In this document: piece by piece, positions 16,918 through 26,793 of the stretch
Layout: each line of letters opens with the position of its first letter
Numbering within the stretch: position 1 is the first letter of the stretch
Assembly (NCBI GenBank): GCA_009777515.1
Contig: WRLR01000006.1
Coordinates: 1,719 to 65,718 of the forward strand
Direction of reading: 5' to 3'
Origin: Oscillospiraceae bacterium
GTDB taxonomy: Bacteria > Bacillota > Clostridia > WRLR01
Length of the DNA: 64,000 nt
Position numbers and translations under genes: made by a program
The notes under the pieces: generated by a model
The model's database searches: none
What the model saw: the letters and a program-made list of their open reading frames with translations, nothing else
Told to the model about the DNA's origin: nothing

Positions 16918-18306
16918 ATGAAACTTTGGGGCGGGCGTTTTTCGCAGCAAACCGACGAGATGGCCGACGCTTTCCACTCCTCGATCACCTTTGACTGCAG
17001 GCTTTACAGACATGACATCAACGGCAGCATAGCGCACGCGCAGATGCTTGGGCGGCAAGGGATTATCCCCGCAAGCGACGCCGGGGCGATAGTGGAGGCG
17101 CTTAAAGGTATAATGGCGGACATCGACAGCGGGGCGCTGCCGATCGATCCGCGCGCCGAGGACATACATACGTTTGTGGAGACGGAGCTTGTGGCTCGCA
17201 TTGGGGACGCGGGCAGGCGCCTGCACACCGGCAGAAGCCGCAACGACCAGGTCGCGCTGGACATGCGGATGTATATAAAAGACGAAATTGACGCGATCGA
17301 CGCATTAATAAAAGGGCTGCTGGAAACGCTGCTGGCGGCGTCAAGGGCGCATGTCGACACGATCATGCCCGGCTTTACACATATGCAAAAGGCGCAGCCC
17401 GTCACGCTGGCGCATTATCTGTTGGCCTATTTCCAAATGTTCAAGCGCGATCACAGGAGGCTCGCATATTGCCGGGAGGGGGCCGATGAAATGCCGCTGG
17501 GCGCCGGCGCGCTGGCGGCGACCACATATCCGATCGACAGGGCGTATGTCCGGGACATATTGGGTTTTAGGGACATCACCGCCAACAGCATCGATGCGGT
17601 TTCGGACAGGGACTTCTGCGTCGAGTTCGTATCGTGCCTGTCAATGATCATGATGCATATGAGCCGTTTTTGCGAGGAACTCGTCATATGGTCCACAGAC
17701 GCGTTCGGCTTCGTTGAAATATCCGACGCCTTTTCGACGGGCTCGTCGATCATGCCCCAAAAGAAGAACCCCGACATGGCCGAACTGATCCGGGGGAAAA
17801 CGGGGCGGGTCTACGGCAGCCTCATGGGGCTGTTGGCTATGCTGAAGGGCCTACCGCTCGCATACAACAAGGACATGCAAGAAGACAAGGAAGCCGTTTT
17901 TGACGCAGCCGACACGGTAAAGTCTTGCCTGTCAGTGTTTTGCGGGATGTTGGGCAGCGCGACATTTATAGCCGCAAACATGCGTAAAAGCGCACAGGGG
18001 GGCTACACGAACGCGACCGATGCTGCGGACTGGCTGGTAAAAAAAGGCGCTACGTTCCGCGATGCGCACGAAATAACGGGCAGGCTGGTATTGTACGCCA
18101 TCAAAAGGGGATTGCCTCTGGGCGAGCTTTCCATTGACGAGTTCAAAAACATTTCGGAGATGTTTGACGAGACGGTTTATGCGGCGCTGTCAATAGAAGC
18201 GTGCGTCGAAGCGCGAAACGTTCCGGGCGGGCCTGCCAGGGGCGCCGTTTTGCGCGAAATTGGCGAGGCTGAGGCATTTTTGTGCGAAATCGGCGTACAG
18301 CTATAG
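16918..18306 (+). CDS. argH: Argininosuccinate lyase
   Basis: MKLWGGRFSQQTDEMADAFHSSITFD, TGRSRNDQVALD and the GSSIMPQKKNPD signature. Confidence 0.95.
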   Translation: MKLWGGRFSQQTDEMADAFHSSITFDCRLYRHDINGSIAHAQMLGRQGIIPASDAGAIVEALKGIMADIDSGALPIDPRAEDIHTFVETELVARIGDAGRRLHTGRSRNDQVALDMRMYIKDEIDAIDALIKGLLETLLAASRAHVDTIMPGFTHMQKAQPVTLAHYLLAYFQMFKRDHRRLAYCREGADEMPLGAGALAATTYPIDRAYVRDILGFRDITANSIDAVSDRDFCVEFVSCLSMIMMHMSRFCEELVIWSTDAFGFVEISDAFSTGSSIMPQKKNPDMAELIRGKTGRVYGSLMGLLAMLKGLPLAYNKDMQEDKEAVFDAADTVKSCLSVFCGMLGSATFIAANMRKSAQGGYTNATDAADWLVKKGATFRDAHEITGRLVLYAIKRGLPLGELSIDEFKNISEMFDETVYAALSIEACVEARNVPGGPARGAVLREIGEAEAFLCEIGVQL

Positions 18307-18309
18307 CCG

Positions 18310-21300
18310 ATGGCAGAGTGGACAGGTAGGATGGAAGGATTGGGCGATAAAAATTATACAGACAACACTGTTCTCCGCTGTTTCGTGGAAAAGAAGCCGG
18401 GGTTTAACGTAGCGGCGAACACCGTCAAGGCTGAGATATCGGACATTTTAGGCGTCTGTGTGTCTGACGTGCGGATGTTCAACCGTTATGACGTGCAAAA
18501 CCTGCCGCGCGACCAATGGCGGCTAGTAATGGGCTCCGTGTTGAGCGAGCCGATGTGCGATGATTATTATGAATCCCTTCCCTTTTTTTCCGAAGACGCA
18601 AAACTGTTATGCATAGAGCCCCTGCCCGGCCAGTATGACGCCCGCGCGGATTCGTGCAGCCAGTGCATCCAGATGCTGCTGGGCGGCGAGCGGCCTCTTG
18701 TCGCGACCGCCAGGGTCTTTGCGTTATATGGCCTGGGCGCGGATGATTTCGAGCGTGTCAAAGGATACCTTATCAACCCGCTGGAATACCGCGAAACGCT
18801 GCCGGACGCTCACGGTGTTTTTTTTGGCCGGGGCACAGCATGGCGGCCGTCTGCCGATGTCCCCGTGATTGCGGGCTTCACAGCGGCGGATGGTGAATCA
18901 GCGGCTCATGAGGAGGTGGCTGGCAGGTCGGCGACTCATGAGGAGGCGGCTGGCAGGTCGGCGACTCATGAGGAGGCGGCTGGCGAGTCGGCGGATGAAG
19001 GGTCGGCGGTGGAAGAAATAGTTGATGATAATTTACCGGCTGGCGAATCGGAGGACGGCGGGCTGATCGGTCGGCTTGGGCTGGCCATGTCCCCAGCGGA
19101 TTTAGAAATGATCAGGGCGTATTTCCGAGGTAAAGGCCGCGACCCGTCGCTCGCCGAGCTCCGCGTAATAGATACATACTGGTCTGACCACTGCAGGCAT
19201 TCGACATTCAACACTATTATTACATCCGCCGAAATCCACGACAAACGCGTTAAAGACGCTTACGATTTGTATATGTCACTTGAAGGCGGCAAGCCAGTGA
19301 CGCTGATGCGCATTGCCACCGCAGCCATGCGGCATCTGCGCGGGCGCGGCGGTCTGCCCATGCTCGACGTTTCTGATGAAAACAACGCATGTACCGTACG
19401 CGTGAACGCAGCCTTTGACAATAGGCGTGAAGACTGGCTGTTGTTCTTCAAAAACGAAACGCACAACCACCCTACGGAAATCGAGCCGTACGGCGGCGCG
19501 TCCACATGCCTGGGCGGGGCCATACGCGACCCGCTATCGGGCCGGGCCTATGTATACCAGGCCATGCGGATCACAGGCGCAGGGGATCCGCGAAAGCCAA
19601 TCAACAGCGCCCTGCCCGGTAAAATCCCTCAGCGCAAGCTGACCGTTACCGCAGCGGAGGGCTTTAGCTCATACGGCAACCAAATAGGCCTGGCCACAGG
19701 TTACGTAAAAGAACTGTACCATGAGGGGTATGTGGCCAAGCGCTTGGAAGCGGGCGCCGTGGTTGGCGCCGCGCCGCGTACCACAGTCCGCAGGGAGGCG
19801 CCGGCGCCGGGCGACGCGGTGGTGCTGCTGGGCGGCCGCACGGGACGCGACGGTATAGGCGGGGCTACGGGTTCGTCCAAGATACATGGCATGGGCACCG
19901 TCTCCGAAAGCGCGTCCGAAGTCCAAAAAGGCAACGCCCCGGAGGAGCGCAAGCTGCAGCGGCTTTTCCGGAACCCGCGTGCGACGGCGCTGATAAAGCG
20001 GTGCAACGACTTTGGCGCCGGGGGCGCTTCCGTCGCTATCGGCGAACTGGCGGAGGGCGTCGAGATCGATCTGGACGCCATGCCGGTTAAATATGATGGC
20101 TTGGAAGGGGCCGAGCTTGCGTTATCGGAGTCCCAAGAACGCTTAGCGGCGGTGGTGGCGTGGTCCGACGCGAAGGCGCTGATGGCGCTCGCCGAGGCGG
20201 AAAATATAGAGGCGACTGTCGTCGCACGCGTTACAAACGCTAAGCGCCTTGTTATGAAATGGCGCGGAAAAATAATTGTAAACATTGACAGGGGGTTCTT
20301 GGACACCAATGGCGCCCGTCGGTATGCGGCTGCCTATGTACCGGAAGCTCGTGCAGCCGCGTCGACGGAGTGTGGGCTGAAGCATTGGCAGGAGCAGGAA
20401 CCTGCGCAGAAACAATGGCACGAGCAGGAAAATAAGTATAAACCCGCGCGGGAACAAAGGCAGGAGCAAGAGCAGGGGTGCAAGCAGGAAAGGAGTCAAG
20501 CCGATGGCCATCTTGCAGACAGGTTACTGCGGCTGGTAGGCGATCTGAACTTTTGCTCGCAAAAAGGGCTGGCCACCCGCTTCGACAGCTCAATCGGCGC
20601 CGGCAGCGTGTTCGCGCCCTACGGCGGCGAGCACGCCCTCACTGAAACACAGGCGATGGCAGCGCTGCTGCCAGGGCAGGGAGCCAAAACCGCTTCGGTC
20701 ATGGCATATGGCTTCGATCCACATTATACGGAAGCGGACCCGTTCGGCGGCTCAGCGCATGCGGTGGTGACGTCGGCCGTAAAACTGATCGCTGCGGGCG
20801 CCGACCCAGGCACCATTCATTTTTCGCTCCAGGAGTATTTCCCGAGCCCGGGCACCGACGCTGCGCGTTGGGGGTTGCCCCTCTCCGCGCTGCTGGGCGC
20901 TTTTGACGCGCAGATGGGGCTCGGCATGGCGGCAATAGGCGGCAAGGACTCCATGTCGGGCAGCTTTGGCGGCATGGACGTCCCGCCGACGCTCATTTCG
21001 TTCGCCGTGGGAACTGGCGACGCTCACCAGTTGATAAGCCCGGAGTTCAAGGGGGCAGGGCACCCCGTCTATTTGCTGGAGGCGCCGATGCGCGCCTGCG
21101 GGCTTCCGGACTACGGCGCCATCCGCGCAATGTGGGAGAGCTTCTCGAAGCTATGCCGTTCCGGTTCGGTGCTCTCGGCCTGGGTTTGCGAGGTTGGCGG
21201 CGTATATGGTGGTATCATAAAAATGGCCATGGGGAACATGATCGGGTACTCGGGCCTCGCAGACGACAGCTTCTTTGACCGCCGATGGGGATCCATTATC

Positions 21301-22347
21301 ATAGAATCCGCAACCGCATTGGAAGGCAGCAGTTTGCCGGGACAAACCATGGCACTGTTGGGCTACACCCAGGCAGCGCCCGCCCTCCGCTTCGGCGCAG
21401 ACAGCATGCCGCTAGTGCGGTTGCGCGAGGCATGGGAGGCTCCGCTGGAGGGAGTGTTCCCCATCAAAGCGGAGCAGCGCGGTGACGCGCCTGACATCAT
21501 GGGTAATGCGCCAGCAGCGCCATTCCCATATATAAGAACTGATTCTGCGAAGCCGAAAGCGGTGATCCCCGTTTTCCCTGGTACAAATTGCGAATATGAT
21601 ACCGCCTCGGCCATAGAACGGGCGGGCGGCGCCGCAGAAATGGTTTTGGTGCGCAATTTGACGCCCGCCCTGCTACAGTCGTCTATAATTGATCTGTCGC
21701 GGGCGATAGCGACCGCGCAAATGATCCTTTTCCCCGGCGGCTTCTCCGGTGGCGACGAGCCGGACGGTGCAGGGAAGTTCATTGTGTCCCTGTTCCGGAA
21801 CCCGCGGTTGACCGACGCCGTGCGCACCTTGTTCCAAGACGGGGGCGGTTTGATCCTGGGCATATGCAACGGATTCCAAGCGCTTGTAAAATTAGGGCTG
21901 CTGCCCGGCGGCGACATTGCACCGACTGGGCCCGACAGCCCTACGCTGACGTTCAACGCCATAGGGCGCCACCAGTCGATGTTTGTAAAAACAAAGGTGG
22001 CCGCCGGGACATCGCCATGGCTCTCAAAATGCACTCCCGGCGAGATATATGTCCAGCCTGTCTCGCACGGCGAGGGGCGCTTCGCAGCGGGGGCAGCCGT
22101 TTTGAGCGCGCTCCGCGACAGTGGGCAAATCGTTTCGCAGTATGTCGACGGCAGCGGCGCCCCCTCGATGGACATTGCTTACAACCCAAGCGGTTCGGTT
22201 TGGGCCATCGAAGGCATATGCAGCCCCGACGGGCGGATACTGGGCAAAATGGCCCATCCCGAGCGACACGGCGAGTACATAGCAAAAAACATCCCCGGTA
22301 ATAAATACCTGCCGATCTTTGACGGCGGCGTCAGCTATTTCAAATAG
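18310..22347 (+). CDS. purL: Phosphoribosylformylglycinamidine synthase, single-chain large form
   Basis: FVEKKPGFNV N-terminus, DTYWSDHCRHSTF, ETHNHPTEIEPYGGA, and a C-terminal GATase (GICNGFQAL...HGEGRF). The start (ATG 18310 or 18337) is uncertain. There are two low-complexity insertions. Confidence 0.9.
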   Translation: MAEWTGRMEGLGDKNYTDNTVLRCFVEKKPGFNVAANTVKAEISDILGVCVSDVRMFNRYDVQNLPRDQWRLVMGSVLSEPMCDDYYESLPFFSEDAKLLCIEPLPGQYDARADSCSQCIQMLLGGERPLVATARVFALYGLGADDFERVKGYLINPLEYRETLPDAHGVFFGRGTAWRPSADVPVIAGFTAADGESAAHEEVAGRSATHEEAAGRSATHEEAAGESADEGSAVEEIVDDNLPAGESEDGGLIGRLGLAMSPADLEMIRAYFRGKGRDPSLAELRVIDTYWSDHCRHSTFNTIITSAEIHDKRVKDAYDLYMSLEGGKPVTLMRIATAAMRHLRGRGGLPMLDVSDENNACTVRVNAAFDNRREDWLLFFKNETHNHPTEIEPYGGASTCLGGAIRDPLSGRAYVYQAMRITGAGDPRKPINSALPGKIPQRKLTVTAAEGFSSYGNQIGLATGYVKELYHEGYVAKRLEAGAVVGAAPRTTVRREAPAPGDAVVLLGGRTGRDGIGGATGSSKIHGMGTVSESASEVQKGNAPEERKLQRLFRNPRATALIKRCNDFGAGGASVAIGELAEGVEIDLDAMPVKYDGLEGAELALSESQERLAAVVAWSDAKALMALAEAENIEATVVARVTNAKRLVMKWRGKIIVNIDRGFLDTNGARRYAAAYVPEARAAASTECGLKHWQEQEPAQKQWHEQENKYKPAREQRQEQEQGCKQERSQADGHLADRLLRLVGDLNFCSQKGLATRFDSSIGAGSVFAPYGGEHALTETQAMAALLPGQGAKTASVMAYGFDPHYTEADPFGGSAHAVVTSAVKLIAAGADPGTIHFSLQEYFPSPGTDAARWGLPLSALLGAFDAQMGLGMAAIGGKDSMSGSFGGMDVPPTLISFAVGTGDAHQLISPEFKGAGHPVYLLEAPMRACGLPDYGAIRAMWESFSKLCRSGSVLSAWVCEVGGVYGGIIKMAMGNMIGYSGLADDSFFDRRWGSIIIESATALEGSSLPGQTMALLGYTQAAPALRFGADSMPLVRLREAWEAPLEGVFPIKAEQRGDAPDIMGNAPAAPFPYIRTDSAKPKAVIPVFPGTNCEYDTASAIERAGGAAEMVLVRNLTPALLQSSIIDLSRAIATAQMILFPGGFSGGDEPDGAGKFIVSLFRNPRLTDAVRTLFQDGGGLILGICNGFQALVKLGLLPGGDIAPTGPDSPTLTFNAIGRHQSMFVKTKVAAGTSPWLSKCTPGEIYVQPVSHGEGRFAAGAAVLSALRDSGQIVSQYVDGSGAPSMDIAYNPSGSVWAIEGICSPDGRILGKMAHPERHGEYIAKNIPGNKYLPIFDGGVSYFK

Positions 22348-22369
22348 AATCATATAGTTATTGGGTGGC

Positions 22370-24019
22370 ATGATGTATAACATGAGCGCGTTGGAAATAT
22401 CCGCATTAATAAAAAGCAGGCGCCTTGGCGTCGCCGAAGTGGTTGGCGGCTTCTTGGATGCAATAGAAAAAAACGGAAACTGGCACAACGCCTTCCTTTC
22501 GATCACAAGGGACGCCGCTCTCGCCCGCGCTCGCGAAGTACAGGCGCGGATCGACGCCGACGAGGCCTTGTCGCCGCTCGCGGGAGCGCCTATAGCCCTA
22601 AAAGACAACATCTCCACCAGCGATACATGGACCACATGCGCGTCCAAAATGCTCGAAGGTTACGCGCCGGTGTATAACGCGACTGTGGTGGACAGGCTGG
22701 AGCGTGCGGGCATGGTCGTCATCGGAAAGCTCAACATGGACGAGTTCGCGATGGGCGGCTCCAGCGAGACGGGCGCTGCCGGGCCTGTGCGCAACCCGTG
22801 GGATCCAGGGCGCGTGGCGGGCGGCTCGTCGGGCGGCAGCGCGGCGGCGGTGGCTGGGCGCGAGATACCCATTGCGCTGGGGACGGACACCGGCGGCAGC
22901 ATACGCCAGCCTTGCGCCTTTTGCGGCGTTACGGGCATAAAACCGACATACGGTTCCGTGTCGCGTTACGGGCTCATCGCCTACGCGTCTTCGCTCGACC
23001 AAATCGGCCCCATTGGGCGCGACATCGACGACTGCGCGGCCTTGCTGGCGGTCATTTCGGGGCCGGACGATATGGACGGCACATGCGTCATCGATAAACC
23101 GTTCAGATTCGGCACACATATACCGGGCTGTTTCGACGCGCATGGGGCGGGCTGGTGCATGGCTGGCAGTAGCGCGGCTGGCAGCAACGAGGCAGACGGG
23201 CGCCTCCCAGGCGTGTCAATAGGCCTCCCCCGCAACTATTTCTCCGGCGGCATCGACGAGGACATCAAGCGCTCGGTACTCGCGGCAGCAAAGGAGTTTG
23301 AAGCTTCCGGGGCCCATGTGGAGGAGTTTGACATGCCGCTGGTGGACTATATGATTCCTGCGTACTACATCATTGCGTGCGCCGAGGCCTCCTCTAACCT
23401 TTCCCGCTACGATGGCTTGAAATACGGCCACCGGAGCCAGGCCTCAGAAACGCTTGAACAGGTGTACAGGCTGTCCCGCAGCGAAGGTTTCGGCATGGAA
23501 GTTAAAAGGAGGATCATGCTCGGCTCGTTTGTCCTCTCCTCCGGGTATTACGACGCCTACTATAAAAAGGCGCTGCAGGCGCGCGCCCTGATCAAAGACG
23601 CCTACAGCCGTTTGTTCGGGCGCTTTGACATGATCCTCTCGCCGGTCGCGCCCACCACCGCGTACAGGTTGGGCGAAAACATGGATGACCCCATGAAGAT
23701 GTATCTAGGCGACGTCTACACCGTGTCGGCAAACTTGGCGGGGCTGCCGGCTGTTGCGCTTCCCTGCGGGCTGGACAGCCGGGGGCTGCCGATAGGGCTA
23801 CAGTTGATGGGCGACGCTTTTTCCGAGGGGCAGCTCGTCAGGGCGGCGCAAGTCTATCAACGCCGTACCAACCACCACAAAGCCGCCCCGAAAGGCGCAA
23901 ACGCAACCGAAAGCGCAAACGTAATGGCAGGTACAAATGTAACAGGAAGCACAAACAAAACGGGGGGTGCAAATGCAGCCGGAAGCACAAACACAGTGGA
24001 AAGGGCAAAGACTGTATGA
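22370..24019 (+). CDS. gatA: Asp/Glu-tRNA amidotransferase subunit A
   Basis: Amidase signature ([12 protein letters not shown]...GTDTGGSIRQP) plus LKDNI and YYDAYY motifs. It carries an internal insertion and a ~45-aa N/T/G/A-rich C-terminal tail. The start is ambiguous (TTG 22361 or ATG 22370/22382). Confidence 0.9.
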   Translation: MMYNMSALEISALIKSRRLGVAEVVGGFLDAIEKNGNWHNAFLSITRDAALARAREVQARIDADEALSPLAGAPIALKDNISTSDTWTTCASKMLEGYAPVYNATVVDRLERAGMVVIGKLNMDEFAMGGSSETGAAGPVRNPWDPGRVAGGSSGGSAAAVAGREIPIALGTDTGGSIRQPCAFCGVTGIKPTYGSVSRYGLIAYASSLDQIGPIGRDIDDCAALLAVISGPDDMDGTCVIDKPFRFGTHIPGCFDAHGAGWCMAGSSAAGSNEADGRLPGVSIGLPRNYFSGGIDEDIKRSVLAAAKEFEASGAHVEEFDMPLVDYMIPAYYIIACAEASSNLSRYDGLKYGHRSQASETLEQVYRLSRSEGFGMEVKRRIMLGSFVLSSGYYDAYYKKALQARALIKDAYSRLFGRFDMILSPVAPTTAYRLGENMDDPMKMYLGDVYTVSANLAGLPAVALPCGLDSRGLPIGLQLMGDAFSEGQLVRAAQVYQRRTNHHKAAPKGANATESANVMAGTNVTGSTNKTGGANAAGSTNTVERAKTV

Positions 24020-25446
24020 CGTGGGAGACTGTTATTGGGCTTGAGATCCACGCGGAGCTGTCGACCGCGTCTAAAATATTCTGCGCCTGCCCGACCGCAT
24101 TCGGCGGCGATCCCAACACCCATGTATGCCCGGTATGCGCGGGGCTGCCGGGCGCCCTGCCGAAACTGAACCGGGCCGTGCCGGACCTGGCCGTGCGGCT
24201 GGGCCTTTCGCTTGGCTGCGCCATAGAGAGGCACAGCAGGTTCGACCGAAAAAACTATTTCTACCCAGACCTGCCAAAAGCCTACCAGATATCTCAACTG
24301 TACGCCCCTATTTGCAGCGACGGGCGCCTGGAGATTAATTCGGGAGGGACTGGCAAGTCCATCGGCATACGCGAGATCCATATTGAAGAGGACGCAGGCA
24401 AGCTCGTCCACGACAGCGCGGGCGGCGCCACGCTGATGGATTTCAATCGCTGCGGGGTGCCTTTGGTGGAAATTGTCACGCAGCCGGATTTCCGAAGCGG
24501 CCACGAGGTGATCGCATTTTTAGAGGCCCTGCGCGAAATCCTGCTCTATTTGCGCGTCAGCGATTGCAAAATGCAGGAGGGCTCCCTGCGCGCGGACGTC
24601 AACCTCTCCGTGCGGCAGCCAGGCGGCGCGCTTGGCGTCCGCACCGAGATGAAGAACCTGAACTCGTTCAGGGCCATCGGGCGCGCCATTGACGCGGAGA
24701 CCGCGCGGCAAATCAGCATATTGGACGCCGGGGGCCGTGTCGCGCAGGAGACGCGCCGCTGGGACGACGACAGAGGCGAGTCGTACGGCATGCGTTCAAA
24801 GGAGAACGCGCAGGACTACCGCTACTTCCCCGAGCCCGACTTGCTGCCCGTGGACATTGACGACGCCTGGCTTGCATCCGTTGAAAACAACCTGCCGGAG
24901 CTGGCGAGCAAAAAGCGGGCGCGCTATGTCCGTGAGTACGGGCTTGCCGCACAAGAAGCGGCGGCCCTGACGAGCCACGTTAATCTATCCACGCTGTTCG
25001 AGGACATTGCGGGGCGGAGCGGCGAGCCGTCGGAGTCGGCCCATCTGATCACGGGCGAGATCATGAGGCTGCTGAACCAGACCAACATGCAGCCGGAGGC
25101 GCTGTCTGTGGACGTGGACAAACTGTCGGCGTTGATTGGCCTTGTGTCCGGCGGGCGGATCAACCGCAGCGCATATAAGGAGACCGTGGAAGCGGTGTTT
25201 ATGTCGGACGTCGACCCGCGCGCATATATAGCCGAAAAGGGGCTGATGATGCAGAGCGACGGGGCGATCATCGCCGACGCCGTACGCGACACAATCGGCG
25301 AAAACCCGGGCGCTGCCGCCGAATACCGCGCCGGCAAGGAGAAGGCGTTCGGCTACCTGATGGGCCAGGCCATGAAGCGCCTGGGCGGCTCGGGGGATCC
25401 CGAAAAGGTCAGAGACGCGCTTTTGTCCGCTCTGCGGGACGAATGA
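24016..25446 (+). CDS. gatB: Asp/Glu-tRNA amidotransferase subunit B
   Basis: WETVIGLEIHAEL, CPVCAGLPGALP, RFDRKNYFYPDLPK and EEDAGK motifs. ATGA overlap with the gatA stop. Confidence 0.95.
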   Translation: MTWETVIGLEIHAELSTASKIFCACPTAFGGDPNTHVCPVCAGLPGALPKLNRAVPDLAVRLGLSLGCAIERHSRFDRKNYFYPDLPKAYQISQLYAPICSDGRLEINSGGTGKSIGIREIHIEEDAGKLVHDSAGGATLMDFNRCGVPLVEIVTQPDFRSGHEVIAFLEALREILLYLRVSDCKMQEGSLRADVNLSVRQPGGALGVRTEMKNLNSFRAIGRAIDAETARQISILDAGGRVAQETRRWDDDRGESYGMRSKENAQDYRYFPEPDLLPVDIDDAWLASVENNLPELASKKRARYVREYGLAAQEAAALTSHVNLSTLFEDIAGRSGEPSESAHLITGEIMRLLNQTNMQPEALSVDVDKLSALIGLVSGGRINRSAYKETVEAVFMSDVDPRAYIAEKGLMMQSDGAIIADAVRDTIGENPGAAAEYRAGKEKAFGYLMGQAMKRLGGSGDPEKVRDALLSALRDE

Positions 25447-25453
25447 CATAAAA

Positions 25454-25490
25454 ATGCGGGCGAACGATCATTTCTATCGCCCGCCCGCAT
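25454..25490. terminator. Hairpin between convergent gatB and galE (ATGCGGGCG..CGCCCGCAT)
   Basis: A 9-bp perfect stem (25454-25462 / 25482-25490) lies 8 nt after the gatB stop. A/T-rich flanks on both sides suggest it may act bidirectionally. Confidence 0.5.
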
Positions 25491-25662
25491 AATCAAATTT
25501 CATTTACAACAAGCCTCTATAAGCCTCTATTCAATTTTCATTTTATAATCGGCATAAAATTTGAACTCTGGTCTGGATTCGTAGGTAACGTGACGGCGTA
25601 TCAGGTCGGAAAAACGCCGTCATTTTGTATCGGTTAAGTTTGAACTCTTACGCATAATCGGC

Positions 25663-26664
25663 TCAGTAACCGAGCATGGACTGCCGGACGCCGCTCCACC
25701 TGAGCGCGTCTTTTATGCCGTCCTCAATGCCAAGCCCGGCGCGCCAGCCCAGCAGCTCCGCAGCCCGCGCGCTGCCTGTGTAAGCGCCAGCCACATCGCC
25801 GGCCCTCGGCGGCGCTTCCTCCGTCGCGACTTTGCGCCCATAAACATTCTCAAACGCCGTGACCAGCTCCCGGACAGTCACGCCGCTACCGCAGCCCAGG
25901 TTTATCGGTATAAACCCCGAGCCGAACGCCGATACCGCCGCGTCAAAGCGCTCCACCGCCAGCACATGCGCCCGCGCGATGTCCCAAACGTGGATATAGT
26001 CGCGGATGCCCGTGCCGTCGCGCGTCGGCCAGTCGGCGCCGGTGACCGTGAACTTTTCCAGCTTCCCTTCGGCGACGGAGACGAGCTTGCCCAGGATGTG
26101 CGACGGGGCGGGGTTCTGTAAGCCGGACCTCAGCTTCGGGTCCGCGCCGATGACGTTAAAGTATCGAAGGGCTATGGCGCTAAGGTTGTATGCTGTGCAA
26201 AAATCGCTAAGCGCAAGCTCCGTAATATATTTTGTCTTAGCGTACGGGCTCCTCGGGTTTAGCAGGGATTCCTCGGTGACCATGTAGCCCGGCGCGTCGT
26301 CGTAGACGGAAGCGGACGAGCTGAAGACAATCTTGTTGATGCCATTTTTTATCAGGCTGTCGAAAAAGACCAGCGACTTGTATACGTTCTCATTGTAATA
26401 GCCAAACGGGTCCGAAACGGAATCTGGCACGACGACCAGCGCGGCCATATGTATGGCGCATTCGATTTGCGGATGCTCCGCAGCGATCCGGGCGAGCAGC
26501 TCCGCGTCTGCGAAATCGCCTTTGTAAAACAGCCTGCCCCGGACGAACTCCTCGCGCCCTTTGAGCAGCGAATCGACGATAACGGGCTCGTGCCCCGCGT
26601 CCAGCAGCGCCGAGCATACCGTCGAACCGATATATCCCGCGCCGCCTGTAACAAGCACCTTCAT
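25663..26664 (-). CDS. galE: UDP-glucose 4-epimerase
   Basis: [14 protein letters not shown] at ATG 26664 lies 8 nt after GGAGG. A YAKTK catalytic motif is present. The listed longer ORF (to 26739) has no SD, and its extension is the hppA relic. Confidence 0.9.
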   Translation of the reverse strand: MKVLVTGGAGYIGSTVCSALLDAGHEPVIVDSLLKGREEFVRGRLFYKGDFADAELLARIAAEHPQIECAIHMAALVVVPDSVSDPFGYYNENVYKSLVFFDSLIKNGINKIVFSSSASVYDDAPGYMVTEESLLNPRSPYAKTKYITELALSDFCTAYNLSAIALRYFNVIGADPKLRSGLQNPAPSHILGKLVSVAEGKLEKFTVTGADWPTRDGTGIRDYIHVWDIARAHVLAVERFDAAVSAFGSGFIPINLGCGSGVTVRELVTAFENVYGRKVATEEAPPRAGDVAGAYTGSARAAELLGWRAGLGIEDGIKDALRWSGVRQSMLGY

Positions 26665-26667
26665 ATG

Positions 26668-26772
26668 GTTGTCCTCCGTTAGACCCGCCTTCTTCGCAAT
26701 CCCGCCCGCGTTGTCCGCAACGAGGCAGTACGCGCCCACGCCCGTCGCCGGCGTGATGCCGAGCGACAGCCC
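26668..26772 (-). pseudogene. Relic fragment homologous to an internal segment of membrane pyrophosphatase
   Basis: The translation [35 protein letters not shown] aligns with the hppA segment [42 protein letters not shown] encoded at about 27480-27610. It lies directly downstream of the intact hppA stop, on the same strand. Confidence 0.4.
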
Positions 26773-26793
26773 GCTTTCCCGCCAAACCGTATA

